Made by a program: the position numbers and the translations under genes
Notes under the pieces: generated by a model
The model's database searches: none
What the model saw: the letters and a program-made list of their open reading frames with translations, nothing else
Told to the model about the DNA's origin: nothing
Assembly: GCA_040218735.1 (NCBI GenBank)
Contig: JAVJQW010000019.1
Span: 64,001-128,000 of the forward strand
Direction: 5' to 3'
Source of the DNA: Deltaproteobacteria bacterium
GTDB lineage: Bacteria; Myxococcota; Kuafuiibacteriia; Kuafuiibacteriales; Kuafuiibacteriaceae
Length of the DNA: 64,000 nucleotides
Shown here: positions 1-9,931 of the stretch, one piece after another
How positions within the stretch are numbered: position 1 is the first letter of the stretch
How the letters are laid out: each line of letters begins with the position of its first letter

Positions 1-22
1 CGGCTAGGGTGCGCGTGCTTCG

Positions 23-514
23 ATGCCTCGAAGATCGCGACGAACATTCGGCGGCTACGCGCTCCGCGACATCGCTGTCGCGCTCGCGATCGCGTGTACC
101 GGCTGCGGCGGCCTCACGCGGGGGATGATTCGAACGTCGCCGCCCGCCAAGAACCTCGAACGCCTCGACCACGAGCGCAGCTGGGTCCGCGAGGACGCCG
201 CCACCGCGCTCGGCGCGGCGCGCGCCGCGGAAGCCGTCGGCCCCCTCGAGCAGCTCGTCACGCGCCGCGACGAACGCGACTACGTCCGCGCCGCCGCCGC
301 GCGCGCGCTGGGAGAGATCGGTGCGGCGTCCTCCCTCGGGGTGCTCGCGGGAGTCGCGACCGAACGGGGCGCGCCGCCCGCGCTGCAGATCGCGGTGATC
401 GAAGCGGTGTGCCGGTACGGCAAGACCGACGAGACCGCCGCGCAGGCGATCGCGCCGCTCGCGCAGCACGAGGATCTGCTCGTCTCCGCTTCGGCCCAGC
501 GAGGTTGCCGGTGA
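23..514 (+). CDS. HEAT/PBS-lyase repeat lipoprotein
   Basis: Lipobox-like LAIACTGC, then HEAT-like repeats (VREDAATALG, VRAAAARALGEIG). Start uncertain. Confidence 0.7.
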   Translation: MPRRSRRTFGGYALRDIAVALAIACTGCGGLTRGMIRTSPPAKNLERLDHERSWVREDAATALGAARAAEAVGPLEQLVTRRDERDYVRAAAARALGEIGAASSLGVLAGVATERGAPPALQIAVIEAVCRYGKTDETAAQAIAPLAQHEDLLVSASAQRGCR

Positions 515-1662
515 GGCGTACGTTCCCCCGGCAAGCTCGATCCTTCGTGACGCCTCGGACGGTGGGCGCCGTAGCGCTCACCGCGGCGCTCGCGCTCGGA
601 TGTATCACCACGCCCCCGGACGTCTACGATCTGATGGACGCCCCCGACGAGCCCTCGCGGCTCGACGCTTCCGCCGAAGCCGCGCAGCTCCTCACGCGGC
701 GCGGCCCGATCGCGATCCGGCTCGCCGCCGCGCGCACCCTGGGTCGCCTGCGGGTCGTCGACGCGACCGTGATCGGCGCGCTCCGTTCGACGCTCCTGGC
801 GCGCGACGTCCCCGAGCTCCGCGCCTACGCCGCTTGGGCGCTCGGCGAGCTACGCTCGGACGCATCGCTCGCCGCGCTGCAAGACGGCTTGCGCGTGCAG
901 CTCGAGCCGATCGTCGCCGAGCACGTCATGGAGGCGCTCGCCAAACACTACGCGGTGATGACGAAGGACCGCGAGACCCTCGTGGAGGTCGTCGAGGCGC
1001 TCGTCTACTTCGCGGGCAACCACGGGCAAGCGCTGCCGTCGAGCTACGATCTCCTCAGCGCCAACACCCGCACGGTCACGGTGAACGTCGAAGTGCTGCG
1101 GCGGACGGTGGACCGCGCCGTCGACCAGGAGAAGCAGGGGAAGAAGCTCAGCGCGGAGGAGCGCGCGGCGACGTACAGCGCGGCGTACGAGCTGCTGACC
1201 CGACTGAGTGACAACCGCCCCGAGATCGTCGCGGGGCCCGCCGAGTGGGCGACGCGGGTGGATGCTTCGGTTGACGTGAGCGTCGATGCGATCGCCACCG
1301 GTGACCCGCAGACGGCGCTCGTCATCCTCTACTACCTCGGCCGCCTCGCTGAGGTCCCGGAGATCGCGCGTCCCTCCGCGAAGCGCCTCCCGACTCCGCT
1401 GCTCGGCGCCGGCCGCGAGATGCGTCGCGACACGCCGCGCGGCCCGACGGATCCCGTTGCGCTCTCGCACCGGATCGTGACGACGTGGGCGGTCGCTCGG
1501 ATGCAGGTGCACGCGCTCGGACCGCGTCGCGCGCTGCTCCTCGACGTGCTCTCGAAGGAGATCGAGCCGCAGGTGCTGCGACTCCTCGCGGACATGTCGC
1601 GACGCAACGGCGACTTCGATCAGCTGCAGAAGATCCTCGGCGTCACCGGAGCGGACGGATGA
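511..1662 (+). CDS. HEAT-repeat lipoprotein
   Basis: GTG at 511 overlaps the upstream TGA (GTGA). Lipobox LALGC; IRLAAARTLGRL and LRAYAAWALGEL repeats. Alternative start 547. Confidence 0.7.
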   Translation: MRRTFPRQARSFVTPRTVGAVALTAALALGCITTPPDVYDLMDAPDEPSRLDASAEAAQLLTRRGPIAIRLAAARTLGRLRVVDATVIGALRSTLLARDVPELRAYAAWALGELRSDASLAALQDGLRVQLEPIVAEHVMEALAKHYAVMTKDRETLVEVVEALVYFAGNHGQALPSSYDLLSANTRTVTVNVEVLRRTVDRAVDQEKQGKKLSAEERAATYSAAYELLTRLSDNRPEIVAGPAEWATRVDASVDVSVDAIATGDPQTALVILYYLGRLAEVPEIARPSAKRLPTPLLGAGREMRRDTPRGPTDPVALSHRIVTTWAVARMQVHALGPRRALLLDVLSKEIEPQVLRLLADMSRRNGDFDQLQKILGVTGADG

Positions 1663-3098
1663 AGCGGCTCCTCCCGATCCTGCTGGCGCTGGGCTGTACC
1701 GGCCTCGAAGCACCGAGGCTCCCGCCGACGGTCGACGTCAGCGGCGTGTTCCGGAGCGGACGCGGCCCCGTCGATCTGCGCGACGTCGAGCTGAGCGCGC
1801 TGTACCTCGTCCCGCGCGAGGTCCGCGAGGGTCGGCCGTACACGATCCACGTCGAGGATCGAAACCTCGCGCTCGTCGACTTCGTCGGCGTGCTCGCGAA
1901 GGACGGCGCGCTCTACGTGAACGACGTGCTCCACGAGCGGCTCCCGCCGGTCTATCAGTACGACAAGATCTCGCCGCGGCAGATTCGGTTCTCTTCGAAG
2001 CAGGGATCGTTCGTCGGACCCCAGCAGCTCTTCGTCCCCGACCCGAACGTCCTCGCGGCGCTCGACACCGGCTACGAGATCGAAGTGCGCGTGAACGACG
2101 TCGCGGACCGCTTCGTCTTCCGCCCGCTCTACGACGCCGCGCTCTACCGACCCTACGACCGCGCCGGGAACACCGGCCCCGCGGGGCGCGCGGGCGTGAG
2201 CGGCAAAGACGGGCCCGACGGCTCCAACGGATCGGACGGCAGCGACGGCGAAGACGGGAGCGACGGCGGCGACGGCACCGACGGCGAAGACGGCTCCGAC
2301 GGCAGCAGCGGCGACATCGGTAAGAACGGACGACGCGGCGCCCCCGGCGGCGTGGGTGATCCGGGCCCGGAGCTCCTGCTGACGTTCCGCCCGATCTACT
2401 CGAAGTTCTACCCGGACGAGGAGCTGGTGTTCCTGCACGTCGAGGCGCGCTACCGACACGCGCGCCAGTCGAAGCCGTACAAGGTCGAGAACCACCGCTA
2501 CGTCTTCCACGCCGGCGACAAGTTCCGCATCACCACGCGCGGCGGCGACGGCGGCCAAGGCGGCGCGGGCGGCAACGGCGGCGCGGGCGGCGACGGCGGA
2601 AGCGGCGGCGACGGCGGTGATGGCGGCGACGGCGGCGACGGCGCGTCGAGCACCTCCGGCCCCGGCGGCAACGGCGGCAACGGTGGTGACGGCGGAGACG
2701 GTGGCGACGGCGGCAACGGCAGCGTCGGCGGCCGCGGCGCCCCCGGCGGACGTGGCGGAGACGGCGGAGACGGCGGCGCGATCACCGCGCGCTTCTTCGG
2801 CAACGACGCCTTCACGCGACGCGTCCGCGCCTCGATCCAGCTCGTCAGCGCCGCCGGCGTCGGCGGCAGCGGCGGACGCGGCGGCAGCGGCGGACGCGCC
2901 GGCTACCGCGGCAACGGCGGCGACAAAGGCGAAGGCGGAGACGGCGGCCAGGGCGGCTCCGGCACGCCCCGCGGCCAGAACGGCCGCGACGGCAACAACG
3001 GCTTCGACGGCGCCGACGGCGAGATCGGCTCAGCCGGCCGCGCCGCACCCCCCGGGCAACCGGGCGCGAACGGCCGGCGCAGTCGCACGGCCTGGTAG
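1659..3098 (+). CDS. Gly-rich collagen-like (G-X-Y/GGX) lipoprotein
   Basis: ATGA overlap; MKRLLPILLALGC lipobox; three blocks of Gly-every-third-residue repeats separated by short globular segments. Confidence 0.75.
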   Translation: MKRLLPILLALGCTGLEAPRLPPTVDVSGVFRSGRGPVDLRDVELSALYLVPREVREGRPYTIHVEDRNLALVDFVGVLAKDGALYVNDVLHERLPPVYQYDKISPRQIRFSSKQGSFVGPQQLFVPDPNVLAALDTGYEIEVRVNDVADRFVFRPLYDAALYRPYDRAGNTGPAGRAGVSGKDGPDGSNGSDGSDGEDGSDGGDGTDGEDGSDGSSGDIGKNGRRGAPGGVGDPGPELLLTFRPIYSKFYPDEELVFLHVEARYRHARQSKPYKVENHRYVFHAGDKFRITTRGGDGGQGGAGGNGGAGGDGGSGGDGGDGGDGGDGASSTSGPGGNGGNGGDGGDGGDGGNGSVGGRGAPGGRGGDGGDGGAITARFFGNDAFTRRVRASIQLVSAAGVGGSGGRGGSGGRAGYRGNGGDKGEGGDGGQGGSGTPRGQNGRDGNNGFDGADGEIGSAGRAAPPGQPGANGRRSRTAW

Positions 3099-3258
3099 CG
3101 GCACCGCCATCTTGCACGCCGCGGTCGAGCGCGGCGCCGCGAAGAACGGCACCTTCGACCACGCGCCCACGCCGTCGGGGTTGAGCGGGGAGACGGGAGT
3201 ACGCCTCCGGCGACGACGACCGCGCCGCACCGACGCGGTCGCCAGCGCAAGCGATCGA

Positions 3259-5202
3259 TCAAGGCACCCCGATCACCACGTACCCGATCTGCTCCGTCGT
3301 GTGCCCGACCTCGGCGTCCCCCGACGCCTCCTCCTCGACCTTCACCTGCACGCTCGACGTCCCGAGGTTTCGGTAGCGCACCGCGGCGGGGTCGCTGCCG
3401 TCGAACGTCTGCATGGCGGCGAAGAACGACGGCGTGTTCACGCTGTTCGCGAAGCTCACCGTCGACCAGGCGTCGGTCACCGAGTTCCCCGTGCGCCCGA
3501 CCACGACGCGACGCCCCGCGACCGTCGTCGTCCCGCGCTGGATCGCGATCCAGTGCACCGACTCCGTCGTGTGGGTGCCGTCGTTGCCCTCTTCCTCCTG
3601 CAGCCGCATCTGGAACGACGTCGCGGAGACGTTGCGGATGCGCACCGTCACCGCCTGTCCGCCGTTGCGCGAAGCGACCTGCGCCAACACAACCGGCGCC
3701 GACGGGAACGACTGCGACAGGTTCACCGTCACCCAGTCGTGGTCCAAGTTCCGCGAGCCCGCCTGCGCCGCGAGCGTTCCGATCTGCCGATTGCCCGAAC
3801 CCATCGCCCACCAACCGACGCTCTCCGAGACGTGCCCACCGTCGAGGTAGTCCCACTCCTCGAGCTGATACGAGAAGCTCGACGCGCTCACGCTCTGCAC
3901 GCGCATCACCGCGGGCTGGCTGCCACCGAACGACGGTGGTCCCATCACCACGATCGGGTTCGCAGGCGCGCCGGTCATCGACTGCGTGTAGAAGGTCGCG
4001 CCGTCGGCCTGGCTGCGCGTCGCCGTCCCGTACACAAACGGCACCGCCGACGGGCGGAACGCCGCGACGATCGCGGCCGTGTTGTTGATCGTACGGAAGT
4101 TCTCCCGCTGGTTCGCGATGCCCGTTGCGAGCCCCTGGTGCGACACGTTCGGGTTCGAGAAGTACGGCGCACGCGCGCAGCCGCCGGTGCACTGGTTCGA
4201 GTACGACATCACCGTGCGGTACGCCCCCGAGTGGAAGTGCCCGAACGCGTACGGGTACGACGCCGACGACGGCGATGTACCGTTCGCCGGGTCGTGCTCA
4301 CACCCCTGGTTGTGACCGAACTCGTGCGCGAAGGACAGGTTGCCGACCGCGCAGCTGCGCGTCGTCACCTGGAACCCGAACGGCGCGAAGCTCGCCCCCG
4401 GCGTCCGCTGCACGTAGCCGATACCGCAAGCTCCGTTGCTCTCCACGATCATCGACACGAGGTCGGCGCCGTGGGTGTTGCGGAGGTTCTGCACCGTCGA
4501 GTTGTTGCGGAGGTTGTTGAGGTCCGTGCTCGAGTTGTTGCTGTCGTTGATCCCGATCTGCTGCACGTGGACGAGGTTCAAACGCACGTCGACGCCGCTG
4601 TTCGCGTACGCGGTGTTCGTGATGTCGACCGCCGCCTGGATCGTCGATTGGATCTGCGCCGTACCACCCGCGCCGTCACGGGCCTGCGGCGTGTAGACGA
4701 CCATGACGTCGATATCCACGACGTCGCCCGCCACCGCCGCGGTCTGCGCCGCCTGCGCCTTCCCGCCAACCGAAGGCGCATCCTCCTGCGCACACTCCGG
4801 GTACATCGCCGGATCGATCATCGCGAGGCGCGGACCGCCGGGGCCCGGGAGCACCTCGTACTGCACCCACGGCGTGTAGATCAGCCCGGAGATCGCGCCG
4901 TCGTGCTGCGTGAGGAGGACGTCCCAGCCGCCGTGGATTCGCCCTCGCCACGTGAAGCCGGCCTTGCGCGTGTCGATACGCTCGAGCTTCGCGGTGAACA
5001 CGCCGTCCGGGAGCACCAGCTCGACCGCGCCGGCGTCGGCGAGCGCGCGCAGGTCGATCTCCAACCGGTGCTCGTCCACGGACGCGATGCCCACGTTCTC
5101 CTCGAACAACTCCGCGGCGCGGATCGTCGTGGGCGCCGCGTCGGCGTTCGCCGCGACGAACGTCAATGCAAGCCAGCTTGCCAAACCTGTCGTGTGCTTC
5201 AT
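3259..5202 (-). CDS. Secreted M12B/reprolysin-like zinc metallopeptidase with three C-terminal beta-rich repeats
   Basis: Signal peptide MKHTTGLASWLALTFVAANADA; metzincin motif HEFGHNQGCEH; Met-turn TVMSY; three ~70-aa repeats ending EE..DG.H..E.V.W. Confidence 0.85.
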   Translation of the reverse strand: MKHTTGLASWLALTFVAANADAAPTTIRAAELFEENVGIASVDEHRLEIDLRALADAGAVELVLPDGVFTAKLERIDTRKAGFTWRGRIHGGWDVLLTQHDGAISGLIYTPWVQYEVLPGPGGPRLAMIDPAMYPECAQEDAPSVGGKAQAAQTAAVAGDVVDIDVMVVYTPQARDGAGGTAQIQSTIQAAVDITNTAYANSGVDVRLNLVHVQQIGINDSNNSSTDLNNLRNNSTVQNLRNTHGADLVSMIVESNGACGIGYVQRTPGASFAPFGFQVTTRSCAVGNLSFAHEFGHNQGCEHDPANGTSPSSASYPYAFGHFHSGAYRTVMSYSNQCTGGCARAPYFSNPNVSHQGLATGIANQRENFRTINNTAAIVAAFRPSAVPFVYGTATRSQADGATFYTQSMTGAPANPIVVMGPPSFGGSQPAVMRVQSVSASSFSYQLEEWDYLDGGHVSESVGWWAMGSGNRQIGTLAAQAGSRNLDHDWVTVNLSQSFPSAPVVLAQVASRNGGQAVTVRIRNVSATSFQMRLQEEEGNDGTHTTESVHWIAIQRGTTTVAGRRVVVGRTGNSVTDAWSTVSFANSVNTPSFFAAMQTFDGSDPAAVRYRNLGTSSVQVKVEEEASGDAEVGHTTEQIGYVVIGVP

Positions 5203-5286
5203 GGCGCGCATCCTCGCGGCGCACCGGAGGACGCGCACTCGGGCGTTCCACTGAAAACGTTCGTCAGGTTGTGTCAGATGTCCGCG

Positions 5287-7242
5287 TCACGGCGATAACG
5301 TACCGGCCAGCTCGAACGTTGCCGCGTCGCGTCCGACGTGCACGCCGTAGTCGATCGCTTCCACGATCCAACCATCGTCGTAATACGCGAGGTGTCGATC
5401 TTCCACGCGCAAGCGAACCTGCGCCATCTCCCCCGGTTCGAGCTCGACCCGAGCAAATCCCGCGAGCAAACGCTCCGGTCGCTCGACCGACGACCCCTCG
5501 AAGGACACGTAGAGCTGCGCCGTCTCGATGCCCGCGCGCTCGCCGGTGTTCGTCACGTCGAACGAAACCTCGCGACCCTCGATGCGGAGGTTCGTGTACG
5601 CAAACGTCGTGTAGCCGAGCCCGAAGCCGAGCGGGAAGTGCGCCTCGATGCCTTGGCGATCCAGGTGACGCTGACCGTGGAAGAGATCGTACGTCACCTC
5701 GTCCGCCGCCGGATCGAACGGCACCAGGTCCTCCGCCCGCACCGGGACCACGGTCGGCAGCCGACCCGACGGATTCACGTCGCCGAGCAACACGTCGGCG
5801 ATCGCGTGGCCGCCCTCCATGCCCGGGTACCAAGCCATCAACACCGCAGCGACGTCGTCGATCCACTCCAGCGTGATCGCGCTGCCCCCCTCCAACACGA
5901 CGATCGTCGGCACCACCGCCGCCGTCGCACGCACCAGCTCGACGTCCGCCGGATCCAACGCGAGCGACGTCCGATCCCCGCCGCGGTTGGGCGGGATCAG
6001 CTCCCCCTCGTCCTCCGCGTCGAGCCCGACGACGACCACCGCCACGTCGAACCCGGCCGCCGCCGAAGCGGTCGTCACGAGCGTCACGTCCGCGCGCGCC
6101 GCGAGGCCCTCGTAGGGCGTCGTGACCGAGGTCGGGAACACCGCGCTCGAACCGTTGTCGCCGAGGTTCTCGACGTCGGCCAACGCACCGAGCATCGCGA
6201 TCCGTTCGTTACCCGCGAGCGGGAGCACCTCGTTCTTCAAGAGCACGATCGACTTGTTCGCCGCCTCGCGCGCGAGCGCACGGTGCGCCTCCGACTCGAC
6301 GACACGAACATCGACCGGCGCTGGCGAGCTCAACGCGAACTCGGCGTGTTTGCGGAGGATGCGTCGCACCGAAGCGTCGATCGTCGCCTCCTTCACGAAG
6401 CCCCGACGCACCGCCGTCCGCAGGTCGTCGCCGAAGAACGTCGCGAACGGCATCTCGATGTCGAGCCCCGCGTTCGCCGACTCGATCGTGCTGTGCGTGC
6501 CGAGCACCCAGTCCGACTCGACCCACCCGTCAAAGCCCCACTCCCCCTTGAGGATCGTCGAGAGCAGCGCTTCGTTCTCCGAGCAGTAGGCGCCGTTCAC
6601 CTTGTTGTACGCGCTCATCACCGACGCGACGTCCGCCTCCACCACCCGCCGAAACGCCGGGAGGTACACCTCGCGGAGCGCGCGGTCGTCCACGCGCACG
6701 TCGACCTCGAAGCGGTTGTTCTCGATGCTGTTGAGCGCGAAGTGTTTGACGCTCGCGAGCACGTGCCGCTGCGCGCCTTCGACGAACGCGACGCCGAGCG
6801 CACCGAGGTGCTCCGGGTCCTCGCCGTACGTCTCCTGCGCGCGTCCCCACCCCGGGTGGCGCAGCACGTTCACGACCGGCGCGAGGATCACGTTCGCGCC
6901 CTTCGCGCGCGCTTCGAGCCCGATCGCCTCGCCGACGCGACGTTCGAGCTCCACGTCCCACGTCGCGCCGCGTGCCATCCCCACCGGAAACGCAGTGGCG
7001 TAGGTGGAGCGCACGCCGCGCGGGCCGTCGACCATTCTGTACGGCACGATGCCGAGGCGCTCGTTGCCGCCGGCGTCGTAGATGCCTTCGTTGGACGCGA
7101 GGGACGCGCCGCCCTTCATCGCGATCTTCTCTTCGAGCGTCAGCGCCGCGAGCCAGGCGTCGACCTGCGCTTCGACCGGGTCGACCTCGACCGCTTCGGC
7201 GCCGCAGCCGGCGAGGAGGAGGAGTGCGAGGGCCCAGCGCAT
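5287..7242 (-). CDS. Glycoside hydrolase family 3 beta-glucosidase (lipoprotein)
   Basis: MRWALALLLLAGC lipobox; DGPRG, GRAQETYGEDP, KHFA, MSAYN, ESDW (nucleophile Asp), VLLKN, and an FN3-like C-terminus. The ORF-track extension to 8025 is rejected. Confidence 0.92.
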   Translation of the reverse strand: MRWALALLLLAGCGAEAVEVDPVEAQVDAWLAALTLEEKIAMKGGASLASNEGIYDAGGNERLGIVPYRMVDGPRGVRSTYATAFPVGMARGATWDVELERRVGEAIGLEARAKGANVILAPVVNVLRHPGWGRAQETYGEDPEHLGALGVAFVEGAQRHVLASVKHFALNSIENNRFEVDVRVDDRALREVYLPAFRRVVEADVASVMSAYNKVNGAYCSENEALLSTILKGEWGFDGWVESDWVLGTHSTIESANAGLDIEMPFATFFGDDLRTAVRRGFVKEATIDASVRRILRKHAEFALSSPAPVDVRVVESEAHRALAREAANKSIVLLKNEVLPLAGNERIAMLGALADVENLGDNGSSAVFPTSVTTPYEGLAARADVTLVTTASAAAGFDVAVVVVGLDAEDEGELIPPNRGGDRTSLALDPADVELVRATAAVVPTIVVLEGGSAITLEWIDDVAAVLMAWYPGMEGGHAIADVLLGDVNPSGRLPTVVPVRAEDLVPFDPAADEVTYDLFHGQRHLDRQGIEAHFPLGFGLGYTTFAYTNLRIEGREVSFDVTNTGERAGIETAQLYVSFEGSSVERPERLLAGFARVELEPGEMAQVRLRVEDRHLAYYDDGWIVEAIDYGVHVGRDAATFELAGTLSP

Positions 7243-7411
7243 CGCCGGCCGCACCGTCGCCGACCGGGCTACTCCAGGCAAGGCAGACCCGCTGACCTCG
7301 CTGGCGCGGGACGACGGAGGGGCCGCAGCCCGGTGCGCGTGACCGCTGTCATTCGCCCCCGCCGACCACCGCGCCTGGCGACTCGGAGTCGGGTGCGGTA
7401 CGGCTAGGGAG

Positions 7412-8515
7412 ATGCGCCTGTCAGTCGTGGTGCTGCTCCTCTCAACGGCCTGTGCGACCACCACGTCCGCGGACGTGCGGCGAATGCAACGCGCCGGCGA
7501 CGTGGACGGCCTCGTCACCGCCTGGGACGAAGCCGCGCGCGACAGCATCCGCGTGAGTGTGCTCGACGCGCTCTCGGACCACGCCGTCGATCCACGTGCG
7601 CGTTCGATCGTCTTGTCGACGGCCGAGCGCCACCCGAGCGAGCCGGTGCGCGTCGCCGCCGTGCGCGGCCTGACGCGCATCGACGGCGACGACGCCACAC
7701 GCACCCTCGTCGCGGGACTCGGCGATCCGTGGCCTTCCGTGCGTGACCTCTCGCGCGCGACGCTGGAGTCGAAGGGCGAGGCCCCCCTCCCGAACCTCGA
7801 AGAAGCCGCCGCGGCGCACTCGAACCACCTCGTTCGTGCGTCGTCGCTGCAGCTGCTGGTGCGCGCCGCGACGAAGTGGCCGGCGCGCCGCGCCAACGTG
7901 GAGAAGCTCCTCGTCGATCGCGTGCGCACCGACGATGCACCGAAGGTGCGCGTCGCCGCGGTGCGAGGGCTCGGGGTGCTCGCGGTGAAGCCTGCGCAGA
8001 CGCTCCTCGAGAACGTGAAGCGCACGGACGACGATCAGCTCGTGCGCGTCGCCGCCGACAAGGCGTTGAAGCGGCTCGGCGCGACGACGATCGAGGAACG
8101 TGTCGTCGTCGCGGTGCTCCCGATTCAGAACGACGCCAACCAGGACGCCGAGCTGTCGCGGCTCGGTGAGCAGCTCCGTACTTATGTCGCGGCGCGACTG
8201 TCGGGCGCTAAGGTCTGCGACGTCGTCGACCGCGACAAACTCGACCGCGCGCTCGAGGAGATGCGGAAGGTCGGCAAGGCGATCTACGACGGTGACGCCC
8301 CGAACGCACCGGAGATCGGCAACTTCAAGCTCGCGAACCAGCTCGTGTTCGGCGCGGTCCAGCGCCAGGGCGGGCAGTTCACGATCGTGCTCAACCGCAT
8401 GGACGTCGCGACGCTCGCGCTCGTCCCCGGCGCGTCGGCGACGGCGACCGGCTACCGCGCGGACCTCGAACAGCTGAAGGTCGAGGTCACGGAGCGCTTC
8501 CTCGCGCGGTTCTGA
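7412..8515 (+). CDS. HEAT-repeat lipoprotein with C-terminal CsgG/TolB_N-like domain
   Basis: Lipobox LSTAC; several VRxAAxRxL HEAT repeats; C-terminal VAVLPI...VVDRDKLDRALEE...EIGNFKLANQLVFGAV is typical of CsgG/FlgO-like folds. Confidence 0.72.
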   Translation: MRLSVVVLLLSTACATTTSADVRRMQRAGDVDGLVTAWDEAARDSIRVSVLDALSDHAVDPRARSIVLSTAERHPSEPVRVAAVRGLTRIDGDDATRTLVAGLGDPWPSVRDLSRATLESKGEAPLPNLEEAAAAHSNHLVRASSLQLLVRAATKWPARRANVEKLLVDRVRTDDAPKVRVAAVRGLGVLAVKPAQTLLENVKRTDDDQLVRVAADKALKRLGATTIEERVVVAVLPIQNDANQDAELSRLGEQLRTYVAARLSGAKVCDVVDRDKLDRALEEMRKVGKAIYDGDAPNAPEIGNFKLANQLVFGAVQRQGGQFTIVLNRMDVATLALVPGASATATGYRADLEQLKVEVTERFLARF

Positions 8516-9066
8516 TGAAACGGCTCGCGTTCATCCTGCTGCTGTGGCCCGCGGTCGCCTCCGCCGACCCGATCTTCGATCGCGTCGTCGCTGAGGGCAC
8601 CGACGCATTCCCCACCGAGCTCGGCTCGAAGTGGACCGCCCCGAACGTGCCGCAGGCGCTCGCGAAGACCCTCGTCGACACACGCCTCCTCGAGACGCTC
8701 CACCGCTTCGACGCCGCACCGAAACACGACGACGGCGCCATCGACGTGAAGCGCTTCGAGCGCATCGGGGTGTTGGATCAAGGAGGCCGCCACTACACCT
8801 TCGCCTACGCGGGCGGTCGCTTGAGTGTATTGCTCGCGCGCATCGCCGTCCCGGTGATCCCGGACCGCGGCGAAGGCTGGTCGAAGGACCGCCTCGCGCG
8901 CCGCCGCACCGAGCTCGCTTCGCTCGCGAGGTATCGACTGCAACCGCTGAAGAAGGATCGCTACGGCAACGTCTTCCGCTGGGGCGGCGTCGCCAAGCGC
9001 GGACGCGTGTTCGTCGAGTACCGCCCGGAGCGCGACGAGCTGCTGGTGCTCTACGTCGCGCGCTGA
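8515..9066 (+). CDS. Secreted hypothetical protein
   Basis: TGATG coupling with the upstream gene; signal peptide MKRLAFILLLWPAVASA. Confidence 0.65.
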   Translation: MKRLAFILLLWPAVASADPIFDRVVAEGTDAFPTELGSKWTAPNVPQALAKTLVDTRLLETLHRFDAAPKHDDGAIDVKRFERIGVLDQGGRHYTFAYAGGRLSVLLARIAVPVIPDRGEGWSKDRLARRRTELASLARYRLQPLKKDRYGNVFRWGGVAKRGRVFVEYRPERDELLVLYVAR

Positions 9067-9091
9067 GCGAAGGCCTGCATCCTGAGAAATG

Positions 9092-9179
9092 AACAGGGAG
9101 ACGGTGAGGGCGGGAGATGCCGTGCACTCGCCGACGACCGCGAGTGCACGGCATCTCCCGCCCTCACCGTCTCCCTGTT
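9092..9179. repeat. Perfect 40-bp inverted repeat with 8-nt loop (REP/MITE-like palindrome, possible bidirectional terminator)
   Basis: 9092-9131 AACAGGGAGACGGTGAGGGCGGGAGATGCCGTGCACTCGC is the exact reverse complement of 9140-9179; loop CGACGACC; lies between convergent genes. Confidence 0.92.
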
Positions 9180-9206
9180 GATATTTTCAGGTGGGCACGG
9201 CGACCG

Positions 9207-9884
9207 CTAGCGCAGAGGCTTGGCGACCAAGCACAGCTCCGGCCCGAGGACCGGCTCCCCCGGCGTGGGCTCGTTCCAGCACACGTACAGCGCCGCGGCG
9301 TCCACGGTCGTGTGCGTTCCGAGCGCGAGGTCGAGGCGGCCGTCGCGTAGCAGGTCGGTGGCCGTTACGGACGAGCCGCGCAGCAGGCGACTGAGATCGA
9401 TCGGCAGCGCGCCCTTGCGCTCGCGGCAGCACACGTCGAGGGCGCGCCCGAAGAGATCGTTCGTGGGCCGCAGGTCCTCGCGCACGAAGCGTGGGTCGAC
9501 TGCGGCGTCGCCGCCCGACACGATCCCCTCCAACCAGATCGCCTCCGAGCCGAAGCGCTGCGTCACGCCGCGGACCTCCGCGCCGAAGACGAGCTGCGCC
9601 GTGGTCACCTCGCCGGGGACGCGGTCCACGACGAACGACATGCGCACGCCGTTCGGCTCACCGGGCTGCGCGACGAACGGCCCCTGGTGGCCCTCGTACC
9701 AACGCGACAGGCTGCCGACCAACAGCAGCAACACGATCCCGGGCACCGTCATCGCCGCCCAGACGCGCTTCGCGCGCTCCGATTCGATCGTCAGCGCGAG
9801 GAACGCGACACAGAGGTAGGCGGTGGCGACGACGACCAGCCGAGCGGCGAGGAGAGGGCGTCGAGCGAAGAACAGCCACCGCAT
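9207..9884 (-). CDS. Hypothetical membrane protein
   Basis: Two N-terminal hydrophobic segments; TACATT box 8 nt upstream of the ATG. Confidence 0.6.
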   Translation of the reverse strand: MRWLFFARRPLLAARLVVVATAYLCVAFLALTIESERAKRVWAAMTVPGIVLLLLVGSLSRWYEGHQGPFVAQPGEPNGVRMSFVVDRVPGEVTTAQLVFGAEVRGVTQRFGSEAIWLEGIVSGGDAAVDPRFVREDLRPTNDLFGRALDVCCRERKGALPIDLSRLLRGSSVTATDLLRDGRLDLALGTHTTVDAAALYVCWNEPTPGEPVLGPELCLVAKPLR

Positions 9885-9931
9885 CGATTTTCAATGTAGC
9901 GGTTCGGGCCGAGGAAGGGAACGCGAGGGCC

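Noticed and set aside
1659-3098. PE-PGRS-like protein
   Set aside because: The resemblance is only GGX low complexity. There is no PE domain and the protein has a lipobox.
2617-7407. Long plus-strand ORFs 2617-5298 and 5338-7407, and the many similar Arg/Ala/Pro-rich ORFs across the window
   Set aside because: Antisense or off-frame shadows of motif-bearing genes, expected at high GC.
7243-8025. N-terminal extension of the GH3 ORF (likewise the extensions at 11088, 18773, 20239, 22268, 39239 and 61209)
   Set aside because: They overlap real opposite-strand or neighbouring genes. Signal peptides or family N-termini begin at the downstream starts used.
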